This document shows, in pieces, positions 40,299 through 51,423 of a DNA stretch of 64,000 nt (its first letter is position 1; the number at the start of each line of letters is the position of its first letter). This DNA is from an uncultured Nitrososphaerota archaeon (GTDB lineage: Archaea; Thermoproteota; Nitrososphaeria; Nitrososphaerales; Gagatemarchaeaceae): contig OY969807.1 in NCBI GenBank assembly GCA_963703285.1, positions 2,144,001 through 2,208,000 of the forward strand. The letters run 5' to 3'. Made by a program: the position numbers and the translations under genes. Below the pieces are notes generated by a model. It did not search any database. It was given only the letters and a program-made list of their open reading frames with translations, and was not told where the DNA came from.

Positions 40299-41270
40299 GT
40301 GGTGTCAACCGGAATGCCGATAGAGGACCTGATGTGGGTCGAGAAGTACAGACCACACAACCTAGACGATGTCGTCAACCAGACCGAGGTCAAGGTCAGG
40401 CTGGGCCCCCTGCTGGAGAAGCAGCAGCAGATGCCCCACCTGCTGTTCGCCGGCCCGCCCGGGACTGGGAAGACGACCGTAGCGCAGATAGTCGCCGAGA
40501 AGATACTGGGAGACCTGAAGTCGGACTACACGCTCTCGCTCAACGCGAGCGACGAGCGAGGCATCAACACGGTAAGGGAGCGAGTCAAGACCTTCGCGAG
40601 CTACTCCGACAGGAGGGAGGGCGTGCCGTTCAGGCTCGTCATACTCGACGAGAGCGACGAGATGACCCGTGACGCCCAGACCGCTCTAAGGCGCATCATG
40701 GAGGAGAGCTCGCGGTTCACGAGGTTCATACTCATCTGCAACTACACGTCCAACATAATCGAGCCCATCCAGAGCAGGTGCGCCATCTTCAGGTTCCAGA
40801 GGATCGGCGCCGAGGAGGTCGTGGGCTACCTCAAGAAGATAGCCAAGAGCGAGAAGATCAAGGCGAGCGAGAAGGTCCTGGAATCCATCTACGAGGCCAC
40901 CAACGGGGACCTGAGGCAGGCGATCAACATCCTCCAGGCCGCCTGCTCCGAAGGGGAGGTGACCATCGAGACCGTCGACTCCGTGACCGGCGCGATGGTG
41001 AAGCAGAGGGCCGCCGAGATAATCAACCTCGCGCTCGACGGCGACTTCGGCGGGGCCAGGCAGAAGCTCGTGGAGCTCACCAGGGTCTACGGGATACCGG
41101 AGTCAGACTTCCTGCGCTACTCGAACGAGGCCATCGCCTCGACGGGCCAGCACCGGGCGGAGGCCATCAAGGTCCTCGCAGAGTACGATTACCGCCTCGT
41201 GATGGGCGCGAACCCGGAGATCCAGCTGACAGCGATGCTCGCCGAGCTGGCCGCCCTGAAGGGCAAGTGA
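40299..41270 (+). CDS. rfcS: replication factor C small subunit
   Basis: WVEKYRP, GPPGTGKT, LNASDERG, AQTALRR, IQSRC. Confidence 0.95.
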   Translation: MVSTGMPIEDLMWVEKYRPHNLDDVVNQTEVKVRLGPLLEKQQQMPHLLFAGPPGTGKTTVAQIVAEKILGDLKSDYTLSLNASDERGINTVRERVKTFASYSDRREGVPFRLVILDESDEMTRDAQTALRRIMEESSRFTRFILICNYTSNIIEPIQSRCAIFRFQRIGAEEVVGYLKKIAKSEKIKASEKVLESIYEATNGDLRQAINILQAACSEGEVTIETVDSVTGAMVKQRAAEIINLALDGDFGGARQKLVELTRVYGIPESDFLRYSNEAIASTGQHRAEAIKVLAEYDYRLVMGANPEIQLTAMLAELAALKGK

Positions 41271-41274
41271 CGGC

Positions 41275-42543
41275 ATGGACCTCTCCCTCCCCAGGGGCAT
41301 CCGAGATATAGACCCCGACGAGCACGAGCTCCACGACCGCATAAGGGCCGCCTTCGACGAGGTGGTGAGAGCCTACAACTTCAGGTCGATGGAACCCGCG
41401 CCGATCGAGACACTCTCGGTGCTGCGCGCCAAGAGCGGGACCCAGGTGGACGAGCAGATCTACCACTTCAAGGACAAAGCGGAGAGGGACATCGGCCTCA
41501 GGTTCGACCTCACGGTGGGGATGACGAGGTACGTTGCAGGGAAGAAGGGCCTCCGGCCCCCGGTCAAGCTCGCCTCCTACGGTGGGGTGTGGAGGTACGA
41601 CGAGCCGCAGCACGCCAGGTACCGGTGGTTCTACCAGTGGGACGTCGAGATCTTCGGCGACCCGACGACCGAGGCCGACGCCGAGGTGATGGACCTCTCC
41701 TACAACCTCTTCAAGAGGCTCGGCCTCGGGGATGTCACGCTCCACGTGGGCGACAGGAGGGTCGTCGAGGAGTACATCAGGAAGGCGCTCGGGGTCGCCT
41801 CTGAAGACCGCGCGCTCGAGATGATGAGGGCCCTGGACAAGGTGGGCAAGAAGACCGAGGAGGAGCTCATCCAGGAGTACGAGGCGAAGGGCGTGGGTCG
41901 CAGTGAGATGCGGGACCTCCTCGACTTCGGGAGGACGTCTGGGGAACCCGACGACGTCCTGGCTAGGCTCCAGGAGGACGGGCTCGAGTCAGCCGGCGGG
42001 CTGGCGGAGCTGAGGGACTCGCTCGCCCAGAGGAACGTCTCGAACGTGAGGTACGACCTGAGCATCGTCCGCGGCCTCGACTACTACACCGCGATCGTCT
42101 TCGAGGTGAAGGATGGTTCCCGCCCGGACCTAGGCTCGCTCTGCGGAGGGGGGCGGTTCGACGTCCTTCCGAGGATCTTCGGGAGGCCCGAGCTCTCCGC
42201 GACGGGCGCTGCGGGAGGCGTGGAGAGGATAGCTCTCTCCCTCGGCCCGAAGGTCGACCGTCCCCTCTCTGTCTACGTCGCCTACACCGAGCCCCAGCTC
42301 ATGAAGACCGCCCTCGGGGCCCTCGCGAAACTGAGGGAGGAAGGCATCAGGAGCGAGGTGGGGCCGCGTGGGAAGTCGCTCAGGAAGCAGCTCGAGGTGG
42401 CGGGCTCGTCCGGTTTCGACTGGGTCGTGCTCGTCGGCAGGAAGGAACTCGACTCAGGGAGCTTCCTCCTAAGGGATCTGAGGGACGGGAGGGAGATACT
42501 CGTCCCCGCTAAGGATTTCGTCTCGCACGTAAGAGCTAGATGA
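41275..42543 (+). CDS. hisS: histidine--tRNA ligase
   Basis: PRGIRD, LRFDLT, RGLDYYT, GGGRFD. Confidence 0.95.
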   Translation: MDLSLPRGIRDIDPDEHELHDRIRAAFDEVVRAYNFRSMEPAPIETLSVLRAKSGTQVDEQIYHFKDKAERDIGLRFDLTVGMTRYVAGKKGLRPPVKLASYGGVWRYDEPQHARYRWFYQWDVEIFGDPTTEADAEVMDLSYNLFKRLGLGDVTLHVGDRRVVEEYIRKALGVASEDRALEMMRALDKVGKKTEEELIQEYEAKGVGRSEMRDLLDFGRTSGEPDDVLARLQEDGLESAGGLAELRDSLAQRNVSNVRYDLSIVRGLDYYTAIVFEVKDGSRPDLGSLCGGGRFDVLPRIFGRPELSATGAAGGVERIALSLGPKVDRPLSVYVAYTEPQLMKTALGALAKLREEGIRSEVGPRGKSLRKQLEVAGSSGFDWVVLVGRKELDSGSFLLRDLRDGREILVPAKDFVSHVRAR

Positions 42544-45500
42544 GGCTCTTCAGGGGCGACCTCACGCACATCAGGACCGCCTCGCCCTCCTCGGCTGTCG
42601 TCAGGAAGGGCACCTGCATCTCCACCGCCTTCCTCCTGACCTTGAAGAGGTCCTTCCTCATCCTCGAGAGGTTCGTGCTGAGGGAGATGACGAACGAAGC
42701 CTTGCCTCCCGAGAGCATGGAGACCATCTCGTCGACGGTCGACGCCCTGACCGCGCCGGGCTCCAACCCTGCAGCGAACGATTCCGTGCTCGCGAGCACT
42801 ATCCCCGCCTCCCGGAACCCTTCGACGAGGGACCGCATCTTGTCCGGGTCGGACTTCTCGTCGGCGAGGATTATGCCCGTCTCGCCCTTCTGAGGTATCC
42901 TCAGCCCGGCGGCTATGAGAGCCCTGCTCATGGCCTCCGGGAGGGTGTCCCCGAAGCAGGCGACCTCCCCCGTCGAGCGCATCTCGACGCCCACCGTCGG
43001 CTCGGCGCCCGCCATCTGCATGAACGAGAACTGGGGCGCCTTTACCGCGAACCCCTTTGGCTCGGGCGCGTCCTTCATCCCGGTGAGCTTCCCCCCGAGG
43101 AGCACGGGAGCGACGAGCTCGATCAGGTTCATCCCCGTCGCCTTGGAGACGAAGGGCATCGACCTGGAGGCCCTTAGGTTGCACTCGATAACCTGGACGT
43201 CGTCCTTGACGACGAGATACTGGATGTTGAACGGCCCCTTCACGCCGAGCTCCCGGGCGATGGATCGGCTGTAGTCCCTCATCCTCTCCTTGGCGACCTC
43301 GCCCACGGATACCGTTGGGATCGTCATGATGGCGTCCCCCGAGTGGACGCCCGCGTTCTCGACGTGCTCCATTATCGCGCCGATGACCGTCGTCTCACCG
43401 TCCGAGATTCCGTCGACCTCGACCTCCTTCGCATCCTCGATGAACTTGCTGACCGTCACGGGATAGTTGGGGTTCACCTCCACCGCCTTGGCGAGGAAGG
43501 TGTCGAGTTCCCGGGACCCCCAGATGACCCTCATCGCTGACCCGCTGAGGACGTGCGAGGGCCTCACTATCACGGGATACCCGACCTTCTCGCAGAAGTC
43601 CCTGGCCTGCTTCGTGGACCTGAAGCTCCCCCACCTGGGCTGCGGGATCCCGAGCTTGTCGAGGAGGAAGCCGAACCTCTCCCTGTCCTCCGCCCGCTCG
43701 ATCGAGTCCGCCGTCGTCCCCAGGATGCTGATCCCGTTCTGATCGAGCTCGAGTGCGAGGTCGTTGGGGATCTGGCCCCCAACGCAGAGGACCAGGCCCA
43801 TCGGCCGCTCCCTCTCGTAGATCGCCAGGAGCCTCTCGACCGTGAGCTCCTCGAAGTAGAGCCTGTCGCTCATGTCGAAGTCCGTCGAGACCGTCTCGGG
43901 GTTGCAGTTGACCACCACGACCTCGTCGACGCCGTTCGCCTTCAGCGCCCAGGCCATGTTCATCGTCCCCCAGTCGAACTCGACCGAGCTTCCGATCCTG
44001 TAGGGGCCCGCTCCGAGGACGACCACCTTCTCAGCGCCGGTCGGCTTGGCCTCGTCGACCGCGCCGTTGTGCGTCATGTAGAGGTAGTTGGTGCGCGCGG
44101 GCCACTCCGCCGCGAGCGTGTCTATCACCTTGGTGAATGGTCTGATGTCCATCCGCTCCCTGAGGGACCTGGCGTGCTCCTCGTCCATGCCGACGGCCGC
44201 GGCTATCTGCTTGTCAGAGAACCCCAGCTTCTTCGCCTCCAGGATCAGCTCCGGGTCCCTCTCCACCCCGTCCTTCCCACTCCTCGTTATCCGGCCGTGC
44301 ATGTCCACGATGTTCTTCAGCTTGCTCACGAACCAGGGGTCGATCACGGACAGCCTGCTCACCTCGTCCTCCGGCAAGCCGACCATGAGCGCCTCGACCA
44401 CGTCGAAGATGATCTGGTCGGTCGGGTTCCTCAGCCTCTCCTTCAGGACGGCGGTGTCGTCGGTCTCGACGAAGCGCCTTATGGCGCCGTCGTACCTAAT
44501 GTTGAGCATCCTAGCGGCCTTCTGGACCGCCTCCTCGAAGTTCCTGCCTATCGCCATCACCTCTCCGATGGACTTCATGGCGGTCCCGATGTTCCTCGAG
44601 GCGCCCTCGAACTTCTTCGTGTCCCACCTCGGCATCTTGACGACCACGTAGTCGAGCGAGGGTTCGAAGAGCGCCGTCGTCACCCCAGTGACCTTGTTCT
44701 TCAGCTCGTCGAGCGAATACCCGAGGCAGAGCTTGGCCGCGATGTACGCGATCGGATACCCGGTGGCCTTCGAGGCGAGGGCCGAGGACCTCGAGAGCCT
44801 GGCGTTGATCTCGATGGCGTTGTACCTCTCCGAGTTGGGCTCGAGCGCGAACTGCATGTTGCACTCTCCGAGCACGCCGCACCTCGCCGCGGCCTTGAGC
44901 GAGAGCGACCGGAGCATGTGGTACTCCCTGTTGGTTATCGTCAGCGAGGGGGCGACCACTATGTTGTCCCCCGTGTGGACCCTCATGGAGAGGACGTTCT
45001 CCATGTTGCAGACGACCATGCTGTTCTCCTTCCTGTCCCTCATCACCTCGTACTCGATCTGCTTCCAGTGCCCGATGTACTCCTCGATGAGGACCTGGTG
45101 CGCGAGGCTCAGGTTGAGCCCCCGCTGGACGATGTCGGCCAGCTCCTTCTCGTTCCGGGCCACGCCCCCTCCCCTCCCGCCTAGCGTGTACGCGACCCTC
45201 ATGATGACCGGGTACCCTATCTCCTTGACTATCCTCCGGGCGTCTTCGAGCGAGTATGCCGGCTTGCTCCTCGGGACGGAGATCCCAACGTCCTGCATGG
45301 CCTCCTTGAATAGCTCCCTGTCCTCGGTGATGTCGATCCCCGAGATTGGCGTCCCCAGGACCCTCATGCCGTACTTCTCGAGGGTGCCCCTCCTGGCCAG
45401 GCCGACGCCGCAGTTCAGGGCGGTCTGCCCGCCGAACCCCAGCAAGATCGCGTCGGGCCTCTCCTTCTCTATCACCGCGGAGACGAAGTCTGGGTTGACG

Positions 45501-45706
45501 GGGAGGAAGTAGATCTTGTCCGCCATCCGCGGGTCGGTCTGGATGGTCGCGATGTTCGGGTTGACGAGCACGGAACGGACGCCCTCCTCCCTGAGGGCCT
45601 TGAGGCACTGGCTGCCGGAGTAGTCGAATTGGCGGCCGCTTTAGCGGCTCTCGCCGGCTTCTCCGATCTTGATTGCCCCGCTGCCCAGAACTATCGCTTT
45701 CTTCAC
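42536..45706 (-). CDS. carB: carbamoyl-phosphate synthase large subunit, interrupted by a 21-nt candidate intron
   Basis: GTG 45706: VKKAIVLGSGAIKIGEAGE|insert|FDYSGSQCLKAL..NPNIATIQTD; two ATP-grasp halves; GTGA overlap with carA stop. Confidence 0.93.
45629..45649 (-). other. candidate bulge-helix-bulge-type mRNA intron in carB
   Basis: AGCCGCTAAAGCGGCCGCCAA with in-frame TAA; helix GGCG/CGCC, cut sites AG^A and AA^T, hairpin GCCGC-TAAA-GCGGC. Confidence 0.8.
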
Positions 45707-46873
45707 GCTCTCATGGTTCGAACTTTCTCACCTACCAACTTCCTGTCCTCCATGAGCGAGGCAAACCTGTCGAAGACGAACTCGCGCGTCGTAGGGGCCC
45801 GGTGAAGCCTCAGGGTGGAACTGGACCGTGATGCAGGGCTTGTTGAGGTGAATCAGCCCCTCGATGGACTTGTCGTCGGCGTTCACGAACCACGTCTTCA
45901 GGTCCGTCTTCGCGAGGCTCTCCCCGTCGACCGAGTACCCGTGGTTCTCGCTGGCCACGAACCCCTTGCCCGAGTCGAGGTCGACGATCGGCTTGTTCTG
46001 CCCCCTGTGACCGTACTTGAGCTTGTAGGTGGTTGCTCCCTGTGAGATCGCCACCAGCTGCTGCCCTAGGCAGATTCCCAGGGTCGGCATCCCCGATTCG
46101 ACGAGCCTCGCCGTCGTCGCTATGGTGTCCGAGCAGAGCACGGGGTCGCCCGGCCCGTTGCTGACGACGACGCCTGCCGGGTCGTGCCTCATCACGTCGG
46201 CGTAGGAGTAGTCGTACGGGGCCCTGACGACGCTGTATCCCCTGAGGAGGAGGTTGCGTATTATGCTCAGCTTCGTCCCGCAGTCCAGCAGGACGACCCT
46301 CCTCTCCGAGTCCCCGTAGACCTGGGCCCTCCTCGGGGAGACCTTCCTCACGAAATCGATAGAGCCGTACTTCGTCGACTGCTTAAGGAGCCTCATCAGC
46401 TCTGCCTTCGAGGAGAGCTCCACGCCGTTTGCCAGGACACCCATCATGACCCCCCTCTCCCTCAGCTTCGTGACGAGGGCCCGCGTGTCGATATCGCTAA
46501 TCCCCGGGATCCCCTCGCTGCGCATCCACTCCGAGATGTTGCGCTTCGAGTCCCAGTGGTTCGGGCGTTCGCAGTACTCCTGGACCACTATCCCGCTGAC
46601 CTTGATCGATTCCGATTCGAACTGCCTCGGCATGCCCATGAGGTCGAGGTCCTTCATGCTCGGGACGCCATAGTTTCCTATCAGCGGAAATGTGAACGTC
46701 AGGACCTGGCCCGCGTAGGAAGGGTCGGTCATCGACTCCGGATATCCGACCATCCCCGTGGTGAAGACAACCTCCGCGACACTCGTCGTCTCTGCCCCGA
46801 ACCCCCTCCCGAGGAAGAGTGAGCCATCCTCGAGAAGAAGGACGGCCGGGTTGCTCCCCTCAGTTTTGTCCAT
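45703..46873 (-). CDS. carA: carbamoyl-phosphate synthase small subunit (apparent frameshift near 45784)
   Basis: TDPSY.GQ, PLIGNYG, SNGPGDP, GICLG, QFHPEASPGP. Confidence 0.93.
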
Positions 46874-46896
46874 AGGGTCTCTTAAAGAATATGGGC

Positions 46897-47598
46897 TCAG
46901 GCCCTTGTCTTTTTAAACGCTTTGACGGTTTCCGCGTCTTCGCGCAGCCTGTCGCTGTTCGCGAGACGCTTCCGCTCCTCAGTGATGAGGTCCGTCAGCG
47001 CTGTGAAGGCCTTCCCGACCTCCTTCATCTTCACCACTATGATGGTGTCCGTGTGGCAGCTCACGGTGTCCTCGATGTTGACGTGCCGCCTGGCTATCTG
47101 GTTGTAGAAGTTGATTATCGTCCCCGGGGTCGTCCTTATCGTGATGGGGCTCTGGACGATGATGGCTGCATAGTCGTCCCCCTCCTCAAGGATCACAGAG
47201 TCCGGGAGCCTCTCCCTGATGCGGCTGTGCAGCTTCTGGTCGAAGATGAGCGTGATCGAGGAGATGCTCTCGGAGACGTGGAGGAAATCGTGCTGGTAGG
47301 TGGCCAGCATCCCGCTGACGGCCTCGAGCGTCTTCCGCGTCTTCTCGACCGAGATCTTGGAGACGTGTGTCCTCACGTTCACCACGCTCTCCGCGATCAC
47401 CGTCCTGATCTCCTCGGACGCTGCCGTGTAGACCCCCCGGAGCCTCTTCAGCGACGTTATGATGCTCTCCAGGTTGACCTCCCTCCCCAGCTTCTCTGAT
47501 ATCCTCGGCTGCATCATCCTCGCGACCGCGCTTATGTTCGCGTAGTCCCTCGCCAGGGCGTCCTGCAGCGAGAGGTCGTAGTCAATCTCGTCCCTCAC
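46897..47598 (-). CDS. ACT-domain amino-acid metabolism regulator (start uncertain)
   Basis: ANISAVAR HTH-like segment; C-terminal TPG...VNIEDTVSCHTDT ACT pattern. Confidence 0.7.
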   Translation of the reverse strand: MRDEIDYDLSLQDALARDYANISAVARMMQPRISEKLGREVNLESIITSLKRLRGVYTAASEEIRTVIAESVVNVRTHVSKISVEKTRKTLEAVSGMLATYQHDFLHVSESISSITLIFDQKLHSRIRERLPDSVILEEGDDYAAIIVQSPITIRTTPGTIINFYNQIARRHVNIEDTVSCHTDTIIVVKMKEVGKAFTALTDLITEERKRLANSDRLREDAETVKAFKKTRA

Positions 47599-47706
47599 CG
47601 CCGCTACTATCCCTCCCGGGATGACCGATTTCGTAACACTCGACCCCTAAACTGGGTCCATTATGGCCAAAATCTATAAAAACGTTTCATTCAGGGTCAA
47701 AAAACC

Positions 47707-48936
47707 TTGAGAGAGAAGATAGTCCTCGCCTACTCCGGCGGGCTCGACACGTCGGTGATCATCCGCTGGCTTCAGGAGAAGTACGACGCGGAGGTGATCA
47801 CGCTGACGCTCGACCTAGGCCAGAAGGAGGACTTCAGGGAGATAGCGGCTAGGTCGAAGGCCGCAGGCGCCGCGAAGCACTACCAGCTGGACGTCAAGGA
47901 GGAGTTCGTCAGGGACTACGTCATCCCCTCCATTCGCGCCAACGGGATGTACGAGGGCAAGTACCCTCTCGCGACCGCGCTGGGGCGGCCGCTGATCGCC
48001 ACCAAGCTCGTCGAGGTCGCCGAGAAGGAGGGCGCGACCGCCGTCGCGCACGGTTGCACCGGCAAGGGCAACGACCAGGTGAGGATGGACGTCACCGTCA
48101 GGTCGCTGAACCCGTCCCTCCGGGTCATCGCTCCGGTGAGGGAGTGGAACATGTCCAGGGACGAGGAGCTGGTCTACGCGAGGAAGCACAAGATACCCAT
48201 CAAGCCGTCAAATTCGATCTTCAGCATCGACCAGAACCTCTGGGGACGGTCCATAGAGAGCGGACCGATGGAGGACCTCGCCACCGAGCCCCCGGCCAGC
48301 GCCTTCGAATGGGTGACGCAGCCCAAGGACGCCCCCGACTCCCCCGGCTACATCGAGCTGGGCTTCGTGGGAGGCGCGCCGCGCACGGTCAACGGTGTGG
48401 AGAAGGGAAGCCTCGCCCTCATCAGGCACGTGAACGAGTTCGCCGGGCGGCACGGCGTCGGGATAATCGACCACATCGAAGACAGGCTGGTCGGGATAAA
48501 ATCGCGCGAGGTCTACGAGGCCCCCGCCGCGGTCTCGATAATCGAGGCCCACAGGGACCTCGAGCAGCTGGTGCTGACGAGGCACGAGCTCGCCTTCAAG
48601 GCCGGCGTGGAGAGAGAGTGGTCCTGGCTGGTCTACTCGGGGCTCTGGATGGAGCCCCTGCGCCACGCCCTCGACGCTTTCATCGAAGCGACCCAGAAGC
48701 GGGTCACGGGGAGCATACGCCTGAAGCTCTACAAGGGCGGGCTCCGGGTAGTCGGAAGATCGTCCCCCAAGTCGCTCTACGACGTCAGGCTGTCAACCTA
48801 CCACAAGGGGTCCACCTTCGACCAGAGCTCTGCCGTCGGCTTCATCGAGCTGTGGGGTCTCCAGTCACGCATTGCGGCGAGGATGGCGTCCAAGGCCACG
48901 AGAAGTAGAAATGCCGAACATACTAAGGGGAAGTAG
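47707..48936 (+). CDS. argG: argininosuccinate synthase
   Basis: LAYSGGLDTS, HGCTGKGNDQVR, SIDQNLWG, GIKSREVYE. Confidence 0.96.
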   Translation: MREKIVLAYSGGLDTSVIIRWLQEKYDAEVITLTLDLGQKEDFREIAARSKAAGAAKHYQLDVKEEFVRDYVIPSIRANGMYEGKYPLATALGRPLIATKLVEVAEKEGATAVAHGCTGKGNDQVRMDVTVRSLNPSLRVIAPVREWNMSRDEELVYARKHKIPIKPSNSIFSIDQNLWGRSIESGPMEDLATEPPASAFEWVTQPKDAPDSPGYIELGFVGGAPRTVNGVEKGSLALIRHVNEFAGRHGVGIIDHIEDRLVGIKSREVYEAPAAVSIIEAHRDLEQLVLTRHELAFKAGVEREWSWLVYSGLWMEPLRHALDAFIEATQKRVTGSIRLKLYKGGLRVVGRSSPKSLYDVRLSTYHKGSTFDQSSAVGFIELWGLQSRIAARMASKATRSRNAEHTKGK

Positions 48937-50398
48937 GGTCAAGCGCTCGAGCAAGAGAGCGAACGACTTCATCTCCTCGATAGCCTTCGACGGCCCCATC
49001 TCAAGGCACGTGGTCTCGATAAGCATCGCTCACGTGATCGCACTTCGCAGGTCGAAGGAGGTGAGCCCGGAGGTCGCCTCCGCGTTGCTCGGGTTCCTCT
49101 CCCGGCTCCCGGAGGGCCCCGCCCTGGACGCGGAGACGGAGGACGTCCACCACATGCTCGAGCAGGAGGCGATAAGGTCGATAGGGATCGAGAAGGCGGG
49201 CTACCTCAACCTAGGGAAGAGCAGGAACGACCAGGTGGCGACCGCGCTCCGGATGGAGACGAGGGAGCGGTTGCTCGCGCTCTCCGCCTCCCTCTGCAGC
49301 GTCCAGGAATCCCTGGTCCGGTTGATCCGCGGGTCGGGAAGGCTCCTGATGCCGGGCTACACCCACCTCCAGCACGCCCAGCCCATCACGCTCGCCCACC
49401 ACCTGCAGGGATACTTCGAGGCCCTGCAGCGGGACGTAGAGCGTGCCCAGCAGACATTTCGCCGCGTGAACCTCTCGCCCATGGGGGCGGCCGCCCTCGC
49501 TGGGACCTCAGTCCTCCTCGACAGGGACTACGTCGCTTCCTTGCTCGGTTTCGAGGGTCTAGCCGAGAACGCGATGGACGCGGTCTCATCGAGGGACTTC
49601 GCCCTCGAGACGGTCGCCGTCTCGGCCATCGCCATGGTCGACCTCAGCCGGATCGCCGAGGAGGTTGTGCTCTGGTCCTCGTCCGAGTTCGGGTTCGCCG
49701 AGGTCGCCGACGAGTACAGCGCCACCAGCAGCATCATGCCCCAGAAGAAGAATCCGGTGGTCGCGGAGACCATAAGGGCCAAGTGCGGATCGGTGATAGG
49801 CGAGCTCGCCGCGTCGTTCGCGATAACCAAGGCCCTACCGAACTCCTACAACCTCGACCTTCAGGAGGTGACGCCACACCTCTGGAGGGCGCTTGACGCC
49901 GCTGTCGACTCGGCTACACTGATGGGAGAGATGCTCTCGTCGCTCCGGTTCGATTCCGCCAGGCTCGCGGGTTCGGTGCGGGGGGACATGTCGACGGCGA
50001 CGGAGCTCGCGAACTACCTCGTCAGGGAGCACCAGGTCCCCTTCCGGCAGGCGCATGCGGTGGTGGGCGAGCTCGTGAGGAAGTCCATCGAGAAGGGCTC
50101 CCCGCTGGAGGCGACGGTCGAGGCCTACCTTCCCGCGGTCTCGTCAAGGGTCGTCGGCCGGACGCTAAAGATTGATAAATCCCGGCTCCGGAGCGTGCTC
50201 GATGCACTCAAAACCCTGGAGTTGACGCGCACCGCAGGCGGGGCGAACCCGCGTTCTATCCCTGGCCTGCTCCACAAGGACTCCATCACAGTCAAGAACA
50301 ACCTCTCCTGGATAACGCAGACGAAGAGTCTCCTGAGCGAGGCAGCCGAGCGACTGAGGGAACTGGCGGGCAAGAAACAAGTCGAGGTGAGAAGATGA
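48911..50398 (+). CDS. argH: argininosuccinate lyase
   Basis: SRNDQVAT, PGYTHLQHAQP, SSIMPQKKNP. Confidence 0.95.
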   Translation: MPNILRGSRVKRSSKRANDFISSIAFDGPISRHVVSISIAHVIALRRSKEVSPEVASALLGFLSRLPEGPALDAETEDVHHMLEQEAIRSIGIEKAGYLNLGKSRNDQVATALRMETRERLLALSASLCSVQESLVRLIRGSGRLLMPGYTHLQHAQPITLAHHLQGYFEALQRDVERAQQTFRRVNLSPMGAAALAGTSVLLDRDYVASLLGFEGLAENAMDAVSSRDFALETVAVSAIAMVDLSRIAEEVVLWSSSEFGFAEVADEYSATSSIMPQKKNPVVAETIRAKCGSVIGELAASFAITKALPNSYNLDLQEVTPHLWRALDAAVDSATLMGEMLSSLRFDSARLAGSVRGDMSTATELANYLVREHQVPFRQAHAVVGELVRKSIEKGSPLEATVEAYLPAVSSRVVGRTLKIDKSRLRSVLDALKTLELTRTAGGANPRSIPGLLHKDSITVKNNLSWITQTKSLLSEAAERLRELAGKKQVEVRR

Positions 50399-50568
50399 TA
50401 GCAAAGTGCGAAGAATGTGACGCAGACATAACCATCCCCGAGGACGCCATCGTCGGCGAGATAGTCCAGTGCAAGGAATGTAGCGCCGAGTACGAGGTTG
50501 GGTCGGTGGGCGACGGGAAAGTCACGCTCAAGGAGGCAGAGGTCGCCGAGGAGGACTGGGGCGAGTAG
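50395..50568 (+). CDS. lysW: LysW amino-group carrier protein (not in ORF track)
   Basis: MIAKCEEC...CKEC...EEDWGE* by manual translation, 57 aa. Confidence 0.96.
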   Translation: MIAKCEECDADITIPEDAIVGEIVQCKECSAEYEVGSVGDGKVTLKEAEVAEEDWGE

Positions 50569-51423
50569 TTGAAGATCACCATCCTCTACGACAGGATAAG
50601 GGGCGAGGAGAAGTGGCTAGCCACTGAGGCCAGGAAGGCGGGGTGCACAGCGGAGCTGGTGGACGGGAGGACGCTGTCGTTCGAGCTCACCGACGGGGCC
50701 GCGAAGAGCCCCTTCGGTGACGTCGTCCTTCAGCGCTGCATCAGCTACTACCGCTCCCTCTTCCTGACAAAGATCCTGGAGAACTTCGGCGCGCGGGTAA
50801 TCAACACCTCGAAGGTCTCCGAGGTCTGCGGGAACAAGATGGTCTCCTCCATGGTCCTTGCCAAGGCAGGGGTCCCGACCCCCCGGACCTACGTCGCCCT
50901 ATCCTCCGAGGCCGTCGGGGAGACGGCGAAGCTCCTCGGCTACCCCATCGTCCTCAAGCCTTTCGTCGGGAGCTGGGGCCGGATGATAAGCGTCGCCAGG
51001 GACGCGCAGGCCCTGGACACAATCGTCGAACTGAGGGAGGTTATACCGAACCCGCTCGAGCACATGTACTACCTCCAGGATTTCATAGAGAGGCCGCCCC
51101 GCGACATAAGGGCGATAGTCGCCGGCGAGGAGATAATCGCGACCGTCTACAGGAACGCCTCCGAGAACGAGTGGAGGACCAACGTTGCCCGCGGCGCCAC
51201 CACCACCGCCTTCAAGCCGGACAGAGAGCTCACGGAGATAGTCCACAAGGCGGCCCACGCCGTGGGGGGCGGGATTCTCGGGGTGGACGTGATGGAGTCG
51301 AAGGAGGGGTACGTCGTCCACGAGGTCAACAACACCGTGGAGTTCAAGGGCGCCCAGGCGGCGTCGAAGACGAGGATCGCCAAGAAGATGATCGATTTCG
51401 TCGTGAGGAGCGCGAAGCGATAG
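50569..51423 (+). CDS. argX: glutamate--LysW ligase (RimK/ATP-grasp)
   Basis: GSWGR, WRTNVA, EFKGA (ArgX-type G signature); next to argGH-lysW. Confidence 0.75.
   Translation: MKITILYDRIRGEEKWLATEARKAGCTAELVDGRTLSFELTDGAAKSPFGDVVLQRCISYYRSLFLTKILENFGARVINTSKVSEVCGNKMVSSMVLAKAGVPTPRTYVALSSEAVGETAKLLGYPIVLKPFVGSWGRMISVARDAQALDTIVELREVIPNPLEHMYYLQDFIERPPRDIRAIVAGEEIIATVYRNASENEWRTNVARGATTTAFKPDRELTEIVHKAAHAVGGGILGVDVMESKEGYVVHEVNNTVEFKGAQAASKTRIAKKMIDFVVRSAKR

Noticed and set aside
47600-47665. Possible intron at the 5' end of the ACT regulator (ATG GAC CCA GTT TAG hairpin; ATCCC-GGGA-GGGAT hairpin)
   Set aside because: Hairpins exist but no 4-bp central helix with correctly placed bulges could be built
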